A program made the translations under genes and the position numbers. This document shows, one piece after another, positions 39,403 through 49,530 of a DNA stretch of 64,000 nucleotides (its first letter is position 1; each line of letters starts with the position of its first letter). Below the pieces are notes generated by a model. That model ran no database searches, was not told where the DNA came from, and was given only the letters and a program-made list of their open reading frames with translations. The stretch is from positions 2,232-66,231 of the forward strand of contig JBAXCN010000008.1 in assembly GCA_037141455.1 (NCBI GenBank), given 5' to 3'. This DNA comes from Bacteroidota bacterium. Its GTDB lineage: Bacteria; Bacteroidota; Bacteroidia; UKL13-3.

Positions 39403-40071
39403 ATGAAAAATAAATTTTTATATTACCCAATTATTATCGGCCTTTTACTTTTAATAATTGACCAATGGAGTAAATTTTATATCAAAACCCACTTTAATTT
39501 AAGTGAAGAGGTAAATGTATTTGGAGATTGGTTTAAACTTCATTTTCTCGAAAATTATGGAATGGCTTTCGGTATTGAATTTGGTGGAAGTTGGGGTAAA
39601 ATAGTTTTAACAATGTTTCGCATAATATTTTGTGGAGTAATTATTTATTATATCAGTTCTTTAATAAAAGCTAAAACTCACTTGGGTTATACCATTAGTT
39701 GGACAATGATTTTAGTTGGAGCCTTGGGTAATATTATTGACAGTGTTTTTTATGGGGTATTTTTTTCAAAAAGTGATTTTTGGAGTGTTGCACAATTTTT
39801 ACCTGCCGATGGAGGATATGCAACTTGGTTTCATGGTTCAGTAGTTGATATGCTATATTTTCCTATAATTAAAACCCATATTCCCAGTTGGTTTCCATTT
39901 TGGAGTGGCGAAAGTTTTGAATTTTTTAGACCAGTTTTTAATGTTGCAGATGCTACCATTAGCATAGGTTTCGTTTTGATTTTATTGTTTCAAAAATCAT
40001 TTAGCGAACAGTCGGCAGCTAAAAATGAGGAAGTAATAGTGGAAGATGAAGCAATAAGCAATAAGCAATAG
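39403..40071 (+). CDS. lspA: lipoprotein signal peptidase II
   Basis: Has the [15 protein letters not shown] and [11 protein letters not shown] motifs. It occupies the conserved position after ileS and the dksA-like gene. Confidence 0.9.
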   Translation: MKNKFLYYPIIIGLLLLIIDQWSKFYIKTHFNLSEEVNVFGDWFKLHFLENYGMAFGIEFGGSWGKIVLTMFRIIFCGVIIYYISSLIKAKTHLGYTISWTMILVGALGNIIDSVFYGVFFSKSDFWSVAQFLPADGGYATWFHGSVVDMLYFPIIKTHIPSWFPFWSGESFEFFRPVFNVADATISIGFVLILLFQKSFSEQSAAKNEEVIVEDEAISNKQ

Positions 40072-40162
40072 GCAATAGGCAATGTGCAATAGGCAATGTG
40101 TAATAGGCAATGTGCAATAGGCAATGTGCAATAGGCAATAGTCAATGTGCAATAGGCAATTG
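40051..40162. repeat. heptanucleotide tandem array, 16 x GCAAT(AA/AG/GT)
   Basis: Counted by hand: 16 consecutive 7-bp units. The first three units encode the last lspA codons (AISNKQ*), and the rest extend 91 bp beyond the stop. Confidence 0.9.
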
Positions 40163-40277
40163 TTAATTACTATAAATTTTGGCAAAAAATGAATTGCCAA
40201 TTGTAACACTTAGTATAGTTGAAGCACAGCAACATCATCAATAATAAAACAATTTAACAATCCAACAATAAAAAAAT

Positions 40278-41057
40278 ATGGAATTTGAATTTATATTAGT
40301 AAACCCTAATTACGACAAGCATATAGCTTTAATACAGTTAAATAGACCAAAGGAATTAAATGCATTGAATTTGCAATTAATGTTAGAGTTAAAAAGTGCA
40401 TTTCACCAATTAGATGATAATGAAGAAGTGCGTTGCATAATTATTACTGGCAATGAACAAGCTTTTGCGGCTGGTGCCGATATTAAACAAATGGAAAATA
40501 AAAATGCCATTGATTTATTAAAAATTGATCAGTTTGAAACTTGGGACCAAATACGTAAAACCAAAAAGCCAATTATAGCTGCTGTTAGCGGTTTTGCATT
40601 AGGCGGAGGTTGCGAGTTGGTAATGACTTGCGATATGGTGGTGGCTAGCGAAACTGCCAAATTTGGTCAGCCTGAAATAAAATTGGGTATAATGCCTGGT
40701 GCAGGTGGAACGCAGCGATTAACCAAAGCCGTTGGCAAAGCCCTAGCTATGGAAATGGTGCTTACAGGCAAATTTATTAGTGCCGAGGAGGCCTTGGCAG
40801 CAGGATTAATAAACAGGGTAGTACCTGTAGAATTATATTTGGAAGAGGCAGTAAAAATGGCTAAAGAAATTACTATACAAAGCCCAATTGCTATTAGATT
40901 AGCAAAAGAAAGCGTGCTTAAAGCCTTTGATAGTGGCTTGCAAGAAGGCTTATACTTTGAACGTAAAAATTTTTACATGTGCTTTGCCTCCAACGATCAA
41001 AAGGAAGGAATGAAAGCATTTGTAGAAAAACGCAAACCTGATTTTACAGGTAATTAA
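40278..41057 (+). CDS. enoyl-CoA hydratase (crotonase family)
   Basis: 259 aa with FAAGADIKQM and GFALGGGCELVMTCD oxyanion-hole motifs. Confidence 0.9.
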   Translation: MEFEFILVNPNYDKHIALIQLNRPKELNALNLQLMLELKSAFHQLDDNEEVRCIIITGNEQAFAAGADIKQMENKNAIDLLKIDQFETWDQIRKTKKPIIAAVSGFALGGGCELVMTCDMVVASETAKFGQPEIKLGIMPGAGGTQRLTKAVGKALAMEMVLTGKFISAEEALAAGLINRVVPVELYLEEAVKMAKEITIQSPIAIRLAKESVLKAFDSGLQEGLYFERKNFYMCFASNDQKEGMKAFVEKRKPDFTGN

Positions 41058-41066
41058 AAATTTTAT

Positions 41067-41102
41067 AAAAACGATTTGAAGTTAATTCAAATCGTTTTTT
41101 TT
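41067..41102. terminator. bidirectional rho-independent terminator
   Basis: A perfect 14-bp stem AAAAACGATTTGAA/TTCAAATCGTTTTT with a 5-nt loop sits between two convergent genes. It abuts the rho stop codon. Confidence 0.85.
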
Positions 41103-42762
41103 ATCCATTCATAGTTGCTAAAAACTCTTCGTTGGTTTTGGTAGCTTTCATATGGTTAAGTACAACATTCATTGCTTCTTCTGCATTCATATCGGCAATA
41201 TGATTTCGAAGCACCCACAAACGCTGAATAGTTTGTTTATCTAATAATAAATCATCCCTTCGCGTGCTCGATGATACAATATCAATAGCTGGGTAAATAC
41301 GTTTATTAGCCAATTTTCTATCCAATTGTAATTCCATATTTCCAGTTCCTTTAAATTCTTCAAAAATTACTTCATCCATTTTTGAACCTGTATCAATTAA
41401 AGCAGTAGCTATAATAGTTAAAGAACCGCCATTTTCAATTTTACGAGCAGCTCCAAAAAAACGTTTTGGTTTGTGTAAAGCATTTGCTTCCACACCTCCC
41501 GAAAGTACTTTTCCCGATGAAGGAGCAACTGTGTTAAAAGCACGAGCCATTCGAGTTATAGAATCCAACAATATAACTACATCGTGCCCACACTCCACCA
41601 TTCTTTTAGCTTTTTCTAAAACCATATTGGCCAATTTTACATGCTTATCGGCAGGTTCATCAAAAGTACTAGCCACTACTTCGGCTCTTACACTCCGCTG
41701 CATGTCGGTTACTTCCTCTGGGCGTTCATCAATTAATAAAACCAATAAATATACCTCTGGATGATTTTTGGCGATTGCATTGGCTATTTCTTTTAATAAA
41801 ATGGTTTTACCTGTTTTTGGTTGTGCCACTATCAATCCTCTTTGTCCTTTTCCTATTGGTGCTAAAATATCTATAATTCTTGTAGAGTATGTGCTTGAAT
41901 TATCAGCTAAACGCAAGCGTTCATCGGGAAATAATGGAGTTAAATGTTCAAAAGCAATTCTATCTCTTACCTCTGCTGGTATTCTTCCATTAATTGATTC
42001 TACTTTAATTAAAGCAAAATACTTTTCACCTTCCTTAGGAGGGCGAATAGTTCCTTTAACTGTATCGCCTGTTTTTAATCCAAAAAGTTTTATTTGTGAT
42101 GGAGAAACATAAACATCATCAGGACTAGACATATAATTGTAATCACTCGAACGTAAAAAACCGTAACCATCCATCATAGTTTCTAAAACACCCTCGCATG
42201 TTACTATTCCATCAAGCTCCACATATTCTTGTTTTTCTTTTTCTCTAAAGTTTTGTCTGTTTTTATCCCATTTATTCGGATTTCTATTCTCTCTAACAGG
42301 TTCTTTATTTTCCGGATTTTGAGTTATACTTTCGGTATTTTCTGCATTTTCAATATTTTCTACTTTTACAATAGGTTCATCAATGGTTGATTTATCTAAA
42401 TCATTTGAAAAATTGTTTCCAGCATTTTCTAAAGGTAATTGCAAAGCAGGAGTGTCAACTTCTTTTACTTTTTTTGCTGGTCTTTCTTGCTTTAATTTTA
42501 CTGGCACTGCAAGTGGAGTTATTATTTGTTCAGCTTCTTCAACTATTATATTTTCAACACTTTTTAAAGGTTTTTCTTTCTTTATTCTAGGTTTTTTCTT
42601 AATAGTAATTTCTTCATTTTCAGCTGTAGAAGTATTATTTTTCGAAATAATATTAATTAATTCGTCTTTATCTAAATCAGAAAAGTTAGTAATTTTTAAT
42701 TGTTCAGCTAACTGTCTTAATTCAGAAATCAGCATCATGTTTAAAGTAGATTTTTCGTACAT
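41101..42762 (-). CDS. rho: transcription termination factor Rho with long N-terminal insertion
   Basis: Has Walker A ([15 protein letters not shown]) and the conserved C-terminal ATPase core. The ATG at 42762 ([20 protein letters not shown]) is preferred to the TTG at 42825. A roughly 150-aa polar/charged insert follows the N-terminal helix bundle. Confidence 0.95.
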   Translation of the reverse strand: MYEKSTLNMMLISELRQLAEQLKITNFSDLDKDELINIISKNNTSTAENEEITIKKKPRIKKEKPLKSVENIIVEEAEQIITPLAVPVKLKQERPAKKVKEVDTPALQLPLENAGNNFSNDLDKSTIDEPIVKVENIENAENTESITQNPENKEPVRENRNPNKWDKNRQNFREKEKQEYVELDGIVTCEGVLETMMDGYGFLRSSDYNYMSSPDDVYVSPSQIKLFGLKTGDTVKGTIRPPKEGEKYFALIKVESINGRIPAEVRDRIAFEHLTPLFPDERLRLADNSSTYSTRIIDILAPIGKGQRGLIVAQPKTGKTILLKEIANAIAKNHPEVYLLVLLIDERPEEVTDMQRSVRAEVVASTFDEPADKHVKLANMVLEKAKRMVECGHDVVILLDSITRMARAFNTVAPSSGKVLSGGVEANALHKPKRFFGAARKIENGGSLTIIATALIDTGSKMDEVIFEEFKGTGNMELQLDRKLANKRIYPAIDIVSSSTRRDDLLLDKQTIQRLWVLRNHIADMNAEEAMNVVLNHMKATKTNEEFLATMNG

Positions 42763-42982
42763 GTAATAATGTAAAATTGGTAACAGTAAATTTTGTTTGA
42801 TTTTGTTTGATTTGCACTTAAGCAAAATTTTCGAAGAAAATTGAAATAAGAATTTAATCTATTTGCTGTTTTTTCTATGTGCAAGTATACAAAAAGCTTC
42901 AATATAAACAAGAATAATAAAAATTTTAATTTAAAAACTTTAGTATAATTTTATTAAAAGATTTTATTTTATAAAACCAACT

Positions 42983-42990
42983 TATATTTG
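42983..42990 (+). promoter_or_regulatory. candidate -7 promoter element TATATTTG
   Basis: TAnnTTTG ends 19 nt upstream of the marC ATG. No clean -33 TTTG was seen, so support is weak. Confidence 0.3.
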
Positions 42991-43008
42991 CGGTCTATAA
43001 AATATTAA

Positions 43009-43581
43009 ATGAATTTTTCATTATCAGATATTACAACTATAAGTTTAACATTATTTGCAATTATTGATGTAGTAGGCGCATTGCCATTAATTATTACAAT
43101 TAAAAATAAGCAAAAAAAACTCGACAGTGGCAAAGCAACTTTAGCAGCTGGAGGGTTAATGGTATTGTTTCTTTTAATAGGCGACAAACTTTTAAGTGCC
43201 ATAGGAGTTGACTTGCCATCGTTTGCAGTTGCTGGTTCTATTGTAATTTTTATATTAGGTTTGGAAATGATTTTAGGGATTGATATTTTTAGGCAAGATC
43301 CCAACGATTCAAATGGAAGTATTATACCAATTGCATTTCCAATAATAGCTGGTTCAGGTACTTTAACTACTATTATTTCAATGAAAGCAGTTTATGAATA
43401 TCAAAATATTTTAGTTGCTATTTTATTAAATTTAATTCTAATTTTTGCGGTATTAAAATCTACTAATTTTTTAGAGAGAATATTGGGTAAAGCGGGGTTA
43501 GGATTAATAAGAAAGTTTTTTGGAGTAATTTTAATTTCTATAGCAGTAAAAATTTTCAAATCAAACTTTTTAGGCTTATGA
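43009..43581 (+). CDS. MarC family (UPF0056) membrane protein
   Basis: 190 aa with six TM helices. The N-terminal pattern LFAIIDVVGALPLI is typical of MarC/NAAT family proteins. Confidence 0.75.
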   Translation: MNFSLSDITTISLTLFAIIDVVGALPLIITIKNKQKKLDSGKATLAAGGLMVLFLLIGDKLLSAIGVDLPSFAVAGSIVIFILGLEMILGIDIFRQDPNDSNGSIIPIAFPIIAGSGTLTTIISMKAVYEYQNILVAILLNLILIFAVLKSTNFLERILGKAGLGLIRKFFGVILISIAVKIFKSNFLGL

Positions 43582-44057
43582 TAAAAATGTATTATAAATC
43601 TCAAAAGATTCAAGGTTACTTGCTATTATTTATTGGGATATTAAGTTCAATTTTACCTATCAATTTTATTTTTTTTCAAACAAGTTCTTTTTATTTTGGA
43701 GCAGCAATAATTTTTATAATATTTGGTATTTATCAAATATACTTAGGTATATTAACTGGATTAAAAGTGGATGATGAAATAGAAAAAGTTAAAAAGCAAA
43801 TACAAGAAAATAAGATAAAAGAAGGTGAAATATTTAAAATAGAAAAGTACCTAAAATTAAATACATGGTATATATTTATTTATTCCACGCTAATAATAAT
43901 TGCATCTATTTGTATTTTTGGTTTTCCTCAATTAGTTTTTTTAAGAGGACTCAGTATATCCTTATTTGTTCATGCTACAATATTAATTACAGCACAATTT
44001 AATGTAAACCAAAAGAGAAAAATTTACTTTAAATGGTTAAACGATTTTTATAACTAA
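43578..44057 (+). CDS. hypothetical membrane protein
   Basis: 159 aa with about 4 TM helices and a central charged helix. Its start overlaps the marC stop (ATGA). Confidence 0.5.
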   Translation: MIKMYYKSQKIQGYLLLFIGILSSILPINFIFFQTSSFYFGAAIIFIIFGIYQIYLGILTGLKVDDEIEKVKKQIQENKIKEGEIFKIEKYLKLNTWYIFIYSTLIIIASICIFGFPQLVFLRGLSISLFVHATILITAQFNVNQKRKIYFKWLNDFYN

Positions 44058-44062
44058 ACCCA

Positions 44063-44317
44063 ATGACTTTACCTAATAATTTTATTTTAATGATATCTTT
44101 AATAGCGATATCAATAGCAGTTATTTACTTTTTGTTGCCTAAGTTTAATTTGGGTAAATACGGTAAAGTTTTCATTCAAATTAGCATCGCATTTTGTGGC
44201 TTAGGTTATATTGCTTATGATAAAATCAAACAAGAAAACTATACTATGGTTGTGGTTTTAATAATAGGTGCAGTGGTATTTGCTTATTCAGCATTTAATG
44301 CCAATATGCGAAAATAA
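44063..44317 (+). CDS. hypothetical small membrane protein
   Basis: 84 aa with about 3 TM helices, starting 5 nt after the preceding gene. Confidence 0.45.
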   Translation: MTLPNNFILMISLIAISIAVIYFLLPKFNLGKYGKVFIQISIAFCGLGYIAYDKIKQENYTMVVVLIIGAVVFAYSAFNANMRK

Positions 44318-44324
44318 TATTTTA

Positions 44325-45110
44325 TTATTTTTTACAAAGACCTAATAAATCATCGTAGTTTCCTTTAAAAACATTAAAGTCAACTCCACCTTTTATTCCA
44401 TTAACTTTTCCATTTTCATTGTGTTGCCAAAAACGCCAGGTCTTAGTTTTTTCATTTAAATCAGATGTAGCGTAATGAGCAATCCAAAAAGGGTATTTTT
44501 CAAATTCTTTTCCAGAAAAGTAATTTTTATAAAAACTATAATTTGTATAAATTATTGGAGTTATACCATAATGTTTTTCAGTTAAAACTAACCATCTTTT
44601 TACTTTCGATTTTAATACAGCCGGACTAGCACTTCCTTTAATTTCAATGTCTAAAACAGGTGGCAAATCTTCTTTATCTAAATGAACTTTGCTAAAAAAG
44701 AAATTTGCTTGAATTTCTGCAGTTAAATGAGGTCTAAAAAAATGATAGGCTCCTCTTAAAATATTGTGTTTTTTGCACTGTTTCCAGTTATATTCAAAAT
44801 AATCATCGTCAACGGTTTTTCCTTCAGTTGCTTTGATAAATGCAAACGAAACACCAATTTGTTCATCAAACATATTTGAAACAGCTTCCCAATCTATGTC
44901 TCTTTGGTGTCTACTTACATCAATTCCATGAATTTCATAATCTCCAGGTAAATTAATTCCAAAACCAGGATAACTAGGTGATGATAAACCTAATTTTTTG
45001 GAAATGGTATTACAAACTGCTTTTGCTGGTGGGTAAGAAATTAATAAAAAAAGCAACACAAAAAAAGCAAATGCCCAAACAATGTTTGTAATTATTTTTT
45101 TTGATTTCAT
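44325..45110 (-). CDS. glycoside hydrolase family 25 lysozyme (membrane-anchored)
   Basis: Has an N-terminal TM anchor. This is followed by GIDVSRHQRDIDWEAV...FAFIKATEG...GAYHFF, the GH25 muramidase signature. Confidence 0.85.
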   Translation of the reverse strand: MKSKKIITNIVWAFAFFVLLFLLISYPPAKAVCNTISKKLGLSSPSYPGFGINLPGDYEIHGIDVSRHQRDIDWEAVSNMFDEQIGVSFAFIKATEGKTVDDDYFEYNWKQCKKHNILRGAYHFFRPHLTAEIQANFFFSKVHLDKEDLPPVLDIEIKGSASPAVLKSKVKRWLVLTEKHYGITPIIYTNYSFYKNYFSGKEFEKYPFWIAHYATSDLNEKTKTWRFWQHNENGKVNGIKGGVDFNVFKGNYDDLLGLCKK

Positions 45111-45263
45111 TCTGTTTTTATTAATATTTTCAAAAATATTAAAATTGAAATTTAGTAAACAACAAGTTATTGAATAAAAAATTTAATTTCTTGTTGATAG
45201 TCTAATGCATTATACTTATAACGTTTTTTATTTAAGAATATTTTAGAAATGTAAAAAAGTTAG

Positions 45264-46613
45264 TTATTCAACAATAAACTTTTCAGTTTTTGAAACATTG
45301 TTTTCGGTAGTAAATTTAATAAAGTAAATACCTTTATTTAAATTACTTATGTTGATTTCAAGCTTGTTATTACTAATCTTATCAAAGTCAATGGTATGAA
45401 ACTTTTTTCCTAAAATATCAAATAATTCAATAACTGAATTATTATTATCAACTGATGATTCAACAAAAATATTGTTTTTTGCAGGATTAGGATAAAGCGC
45501 TAAATTAAAATTATTTAAACTTATTTCATTCATTGAAGTAGTTAAAACATTTATATAATTATTTCTTAAAGTATCGTCAGCACCACCATCATAAACCACT
45601 CTTAGTTTAACAGAATAAGTTCCCGATTTATCAAACAATACTCTTGGGTTGTTATCTGTTGCTTTGGTACCTCCAACATATCTAAATGTATTTGGAGTTA
45701 TTGTCCATGCAAAAGAGTTTGGTGTTCCAGTACTTAAATTAACCAAGTTTACGGTATCAAATTGTGAAACATTTGTTCTACTAGCATTAAAACGAGCATT
45801 TGAAGCAAACGCTTCTGGTCTATAAATATCTTTATATTTTATTGTTAAAGCACCGGCTAATCCGGTTGTTTGAGTAATTTCTAATACTGGATATCTTAAA
45901 TTTTTTGCATACCAAGTATATATAATTCTGTTGTTTGGTATAGGTAATTTAATTGTAGTGATCGAAATAGTATCAGTTTCAGTAATTGTAGTTTTTATTC
46001 TAATGCAACTAAACTCACCATAAGGTGTTTTAACAGTTCCCCATCCATCTACATTATTAATTCTTCTTCCTTGTATTGATATTCCACCAATACCAGGAAT
46101 AGTAGTTGAACCAGAAAAATAAGTTGTATCAACATCTCTAAAGTTTAAAGGAAATTTAAAAACTGTATCTCTAGGATTTAAATTTAAAGCCAAAGGAATG
46201 CTTGATATTGTTAAACCTCTTCCTGTTAAAACATTTGCAGTTGTTGAGTTTTTGTAAAATGCAAACACATTTTCAATATTAAAGCCAGCAGCACCACCTA
46301 ATCCTCCTAAAGCATTTAAAGCATCATCTTTAATTCCATAAGTTGAAGCATTTAATATCCCAAATTGCAAAGCATAAGGTGTTGCCGAAGGGGCAAAAAA
46401 CTTTTCTATATCTTGGGAATTTGGTTTTAAATTAGTAAAATCCCAAACAGTGTCAACTCCAGTTTTGGCGGCTTGCGAAGCATTTATTCCGGTAGTAGTT
46501 AAACTAAATCTCATAGTATCGTTTTGGCGAGGCATATCGGCAGTAACTATACTTATTTGTGAATAAGAAACAACCGAAATAAAAATGAATAGGGTACTAA
46601 GTATTTTTTTCAT
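45264..46613 (-). CDS. T9SS-sorted secreted protein with PKD-like domain
   Basis: 449 aa with a signal peptide and a PKD-like segment (GTYSVKLRVVYDGGADDT). It ends in a T9SS sorting domain (LYPNPAKNNIFV...GIYFIKFTTENNVSKTEKFIV). Confidence 0.8.
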   Translation of the reverse strand: MKKILSTLFIFISVVSYSQISIVTADMPRQNDTMRFSLTTTGINASQAAKTGVDTVWDFTNLKPNSQDIEKFFAPSATPYALQFGILNASTYGIKDDALNALGGLGGAAGFNIENVFAFYKNSTTANVLTGRGLTISSIPLALNLNPRDTVFKFPLNFRDVDTTYFSGSTTIPGIGGISIQGRRINNVDGWGTVKTPYGEFSCIRIKTTITETDTISITTIKLPIPNNRIIYTWYAKNLRYPVLEITQTTGLAGALTIKYKDIYRPEAFASNARFNASRTNVSQFDTVNLVNLSTGTPNSFAWTITPNTFRYVGGTKATDNNPRVLFDKSGTYSVKLRVVYDGGADDTLRNNYINVLTTSMNEISLNNFNLALYPNPAKNNIFVESSVDNNNSVIELFDILGKKFHTIDFDKISNNKLEINISNLNKGIYFIKFTTENNVSKTEKFIVE

Positions 46614-46692
46614 AATTGATTTATAACAACTTGCATATTAATAATAATTTTTAATTTTCCAAAATCCCTAATTAAAAGAATACTTTTATTAA

Positions 46693-46722
46693 ATTGAAAA
46701 TGAAAAAATTAAGTTACTTTTG
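46693..46722 (+). promoter_or_regulatory. rnpB promoter candidate (-33 aTTG / -7 TACTTTTG)
   Basis: TAnnTTTG lies at 46715-46722 with a partial -33 at 46693-46696 (18-nt spacer). The expected start site about 5 nt downstream coincides with the inferred P1 5' end at 46727. Confidence 0.5.
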
Positions 46723-46726
46723 CAAT

Positions 46727-47122
46727 GCAAAATGTTCTATCGCATTATTTTAAAATAATGAGGAAAGTCTGGGCAACACAGAGCAGCATACTACCTAACG
46801 GGTAGGCAATTAGATTAAATTTTAATTGACAGATAGTGCTAAAGAAAATTAAACTACCTGAGTTTTTTGTATAAAAATTTAGGAAAAGGTGAAAAGGCGG
46901 TGTAAGAGACCACCAGACAGTTGGTAACAATTGTTGTAAGGTAAACCTTATGCGTTGCAAGGTCAAATAGGTTATATAGGGTTTTGGCCCACAAAGTTGC
47001 TCGCTTTGATGTATAATGGGTAGACTGCTAATGATTATATTAGTGATAATATAGCTAGATAAATGATAGAAGTTAAATTAATTTACGGTTAATTTAATAC
47101 AGAACCCGGCTTATAGTTTTGC
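46727..47122 (+). ncRNA. rnpB: RNase P RNA, bacterial type A
   Basis: Shows the conserved P4 strands GAGGAAAGTCtGGGC (5') and ACAGAAcCCGGCTTA (3'), plus GGTGAAAAGGCGGTGTAAGAGACCACC. The ends GCAAAA.../...TTTTGC can form P1. The ends are approximate to about 5 nt. Confidence 0.9.
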
Positions 47123-47126
47123 TTTT

Positions 47127-47161
47127 AAACGACTTTTTACTAAAATAGAAAGTCGTTTTTT
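47127..47161 (+). terminator. rho-independent terminator of rnpB
   Basis: A perfect 10-bp stem AAACGACTTT/AAAGTCGTTT (47127-47136 / 47149-47158) is followed by a T-run. Confidence 0.8.
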
Positions 47162-47256
47162 ATTTATTGGTATAACTTAAATTAGTTATCCTTTTCTACA
47201 ATTTAATCTTACTATTTATTATTTTGCGAAAAATTTTTACAACAAAACACAAGCTC

Positions 47257-48474
47257 ATGCTAGAAATAAAAGTACCTACAGTTGGCGAATCAATAAGTGA
47301 AGTTACAGTTGCACGTTGGAACAAAAAAACAGGCGATTATGTTCAAATGGATGAATTACTTTGTGAACTAGAAAGCGATAAAGCAACTTTTGAATTAAAT
47401 GCTGAAAAAGCAGGTGTTTTAACTACTAATGCTTCTGAAGGCGATACTATAAAAATAGGGGATGTAATTTGTACTATTGATGAAAATGCCGCCAAACCTG
47501 ATGGTACTGTAACTGAGGCACCAAAAGCCGAAGTTCAAACTCCAAAAACAGAAACAAAGCCAGAGGCCAGAAGTAAGGAGTCTGAAACCAATGATAAACC
47601 ATTTCCTAGCCCAGCTGCGGCTAAAATACTAGCAGAAAAAGGAATTGATATTAAAGAAGTAAAAGGAACTGGTAAGGAAGGAAGAATTACTAAAGGCGAT
47701 GCTTTAAAAGCTGAATTAAAAACTACTATTAACGAAACTAAAGTACGAAATGAACGAACTGAAAAAATGACTTCATTAAGAAAAACAGTTTCAAAGCGTT
47801 TAGTTGCAGTTAAAAACGAAACGGCTATGTTAACTACTTTTAACGAAGTAGACATGAAACCAATAATGGATTTAAGAAATCAATTTAAAGTACAATTTAA
47901 AGAAAAACATGGAGTAAATTTAGGCTTTATGAGTTTTTTTACAAAAGCCGTAACTGTAGCTTTAAAACAATTTCCATCGGTTAATGCATACATTAACGGA
48001 GAAGAAATTATTTTCCACGATTTTTGTGATATATCAATAGCAGTATCTGCTCCAAAAGGATTAGTAGTTCCAGTAATTAGAAATGCCGAAAGCTTAACTT
48101 TAGCTGAAATAGAAGCAGAAGTAGCTAGATTGGCAGGAAAAGCCAGAGACAATAAATTAAGTTTAGAGGAAATGACCGGAGGAACTTTTACCATTACCAA
48201 TGGCGGTGTTTTTGGAAGTATGATGAGCACACCTATATTAAATGCACCACAATCTGCTATACTTGGAATGCACAATATTATTGAAAGACCAGTTGTAAAA
48301 GATGGAGCAATAGTAGCCAGACCAATGATGTATTTGGCCTTAAGTTACGACCATAGAATTATTGATGGAAGAGAATCTGTTGGCTTTTTAGTTAAAGTAA
48401 AACAATGTTTAGAAAATCCTGTAATGCTTTTAACCAATGGTGTTGATCCTAACAAAATGATTTTAGATTTATAA
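47257..48474 (+). CDS. sucB: dihydrolipoyllysine-residue succinyltransferase (2-oxoglutarate dehydrogenase E2)
   Basis: Has a lipoyl domain ([13 protein letters not shown]), an E3-binding segment ([15 protein letters not shown]) and a catalytic DHRIIDG motif. The ATG at 47257 is preferred to the TTG at 47224. Confidence 0.9.
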   Translation: MLEIKVPTVGESISEVTVARWNKKTGDYVQMDELLCELESDKATFELNAEKAGVLTTNASEGDTIKIGDVICTIDENAAKPDGTVTEAPKAEVQTPKTETKPEARSKESETNDKPFPSPAAAKILAEKGIDIKEVKGTGKEGRITKGDALKAELKTTINETKVRNERTEKMTSLRKTVSKRLVAVKNETAMLTTFNEVDMKPIMDLRNQFKVQFKEKHGVNLGFMSFFTKAVTVALKQFPSVNAYINGEEIIFHDFCDISIAVSAPKGLVVPVIRNAESLTLAEIEAEVARLAGKARDNKLSLEEMTGGTFTITNGGVFGSMMSTPILNAPQSAILGMHNIIERPVVKDGAIVARPMMYLALSYDHRIIDGRESVGFLVKVKQCLENPVMLLTNGVDPNKMILDL

Positions 48475-48475
48475 T

Positions 48476-49441
48476 TTATTCAATTATAAATTCAACTCTT
48501 CTGTTTTGAGAAGTTTTTAAATTAACATTTTTTAAGGGTTTGGTTCCACCAAACCCTTTTGCTTTTAATCTTTCCCTATTTATTCCTTTACTTATTAAAT
48601 AATTCATTACAGTTTTTGCTCTGTTTTCTGATAGTTTTAAATTTAAACTATCATTTCCAACATTTTCAGTATGCCCTTCAATGCTTATTTTTAATTGAGG
48701 GAACTTTATTAAAAACGAATATAACATCAATAACTCCTCTTCCGATTTTCCAATCATGATAGCAGTACTTTGTTTAAACAAAATATTTTTTGGTATGTAT
48801 TTATCAATTGAATCTTTAGGGGGAGTGTTCTTGACAACAGTAGGTTTAACAATTAATTGGGGTTTTATAGGTTCTGTTTTTTTTATTTCAATTTGATTTG
48901 ATTTAGGCTTAACCTTCACTTCGGTTTTGTTTAAACTAATATCAGTAAAATAGTTTTGAGTTATAATTTCATAATTTGTTTTAAATAAATAGAATTTATC
49001 TTTTTTACTAGGTTTTTGCCATTTTAGTTCAATTACTCCCTCTAAAATAGTATTGTTATAATCTATTTTTATATCATAAAATTTACCTTTTTCCATCAAG
49101 TATTTTCTTTCAAAAAATACCTTATTATTTGGTCCCCAGGAATCTATTATTAGATTATCGTTAATCCATACTTTTATACCATCGTCAACCAAAACACCAA
49201 TTAAATATTCTCCTGTTTCGGGTGCTATAATTTTGCCAAACCACTTTATTGAAAAGTAATTGTCGTTCAATCCTTCTAAAGGGGCTATTTTATCCCAATT
49301 AAAATTTATTGTTTTATCAAAACGAGTATAAATTTTGGTTTCAAAATTTGCTCCGTTGTAATATTCACCTATAAGTCCATTTTGCCCATTCATTTTTGAA
49401 CAAAAAAGTAAAATAGATAAAATTAAAAATAATTGTTTCAT
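48476..49441 (-). CDS. PA14 domain / OmpA-family peptidoglycan-binding protein
   Basis: Has a signal peptide and a PA14-like N-domain (GLIGEYYNGANFETK...). The OmpA-like C-domain reads IEGHTENVGNDSLNLKLSENRAKTVMNYL...RRVEFII. Confidence 0.75.
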   Translation of the reverse strand: MKQLFLILSILLFCSKMNGQNGLIGEYYNGANFETKIYTRFDKTINFNWDKIAPLEGLNDNYFSIKWFGKIIAPETGEYLIGVLVDDGIKVWINDNLIIDSWGPNNKVFFERKYLMEKGKFYDIKIDYNNTILEGVIELKWQKPSKKDKFYLFKTNYEIITQNYFTDISLNKTEVKVKPKSNQIEIKKTEPIKPQLIVKPTVVKNTPPKDSIDKYIPKNILFKQSTAIMIGKSEEELLMLYSFLIKFPQLKISIEGHTENVGNDSLNLKLSENRAKTVMNYLISKGINRERLKAKGFGGTKPLKNVNLKTSQNRRVEFIIE

Positions 49442-49530
49442 TATTAAATATTTTCAAAGATCATGAAATTGCTACAAAATTATTAAACATAAATTGAAAA
49501 CTGAAAAAGTATTATAATTGTTGAAAAGAT

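Noticed and set aside
39997-40209. 70-aa minus-strand ORF with repeating CLLHIAY peptide
   Set aside because: It is a translation of the GCAATNN heptamer array. The periodic peptide is a repeat artefact.
41471-42766. Several plus-strand ORFs (97, 114, 127 and 67 aa) antisense to rho
   Set aside because: All are nested in the strongly supported rho CDS. They are Ser/Phe/Leu-rich antisense translations typical of shadow ORFs.
46745-46966. 73-aa minus-strand ORF
   Set aside because: It lies entirely within RNase P RNA, whose conserved P4 and other motifs read on the plus strand.
47224-47256. Track-proposed non-ATG (TTG) N-terminal extensions, e.g. sucB 47224; also rho 42825, wza 25712, lspA 39376, TonB receptor 31852, DUF1573 29558, recX 28202
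   Set aside because: In each case an internal ATG gives the canonical N-terminus, either a signal peptide or a conserved first helix. For lspA the extension would also run through a terminator hairpin.
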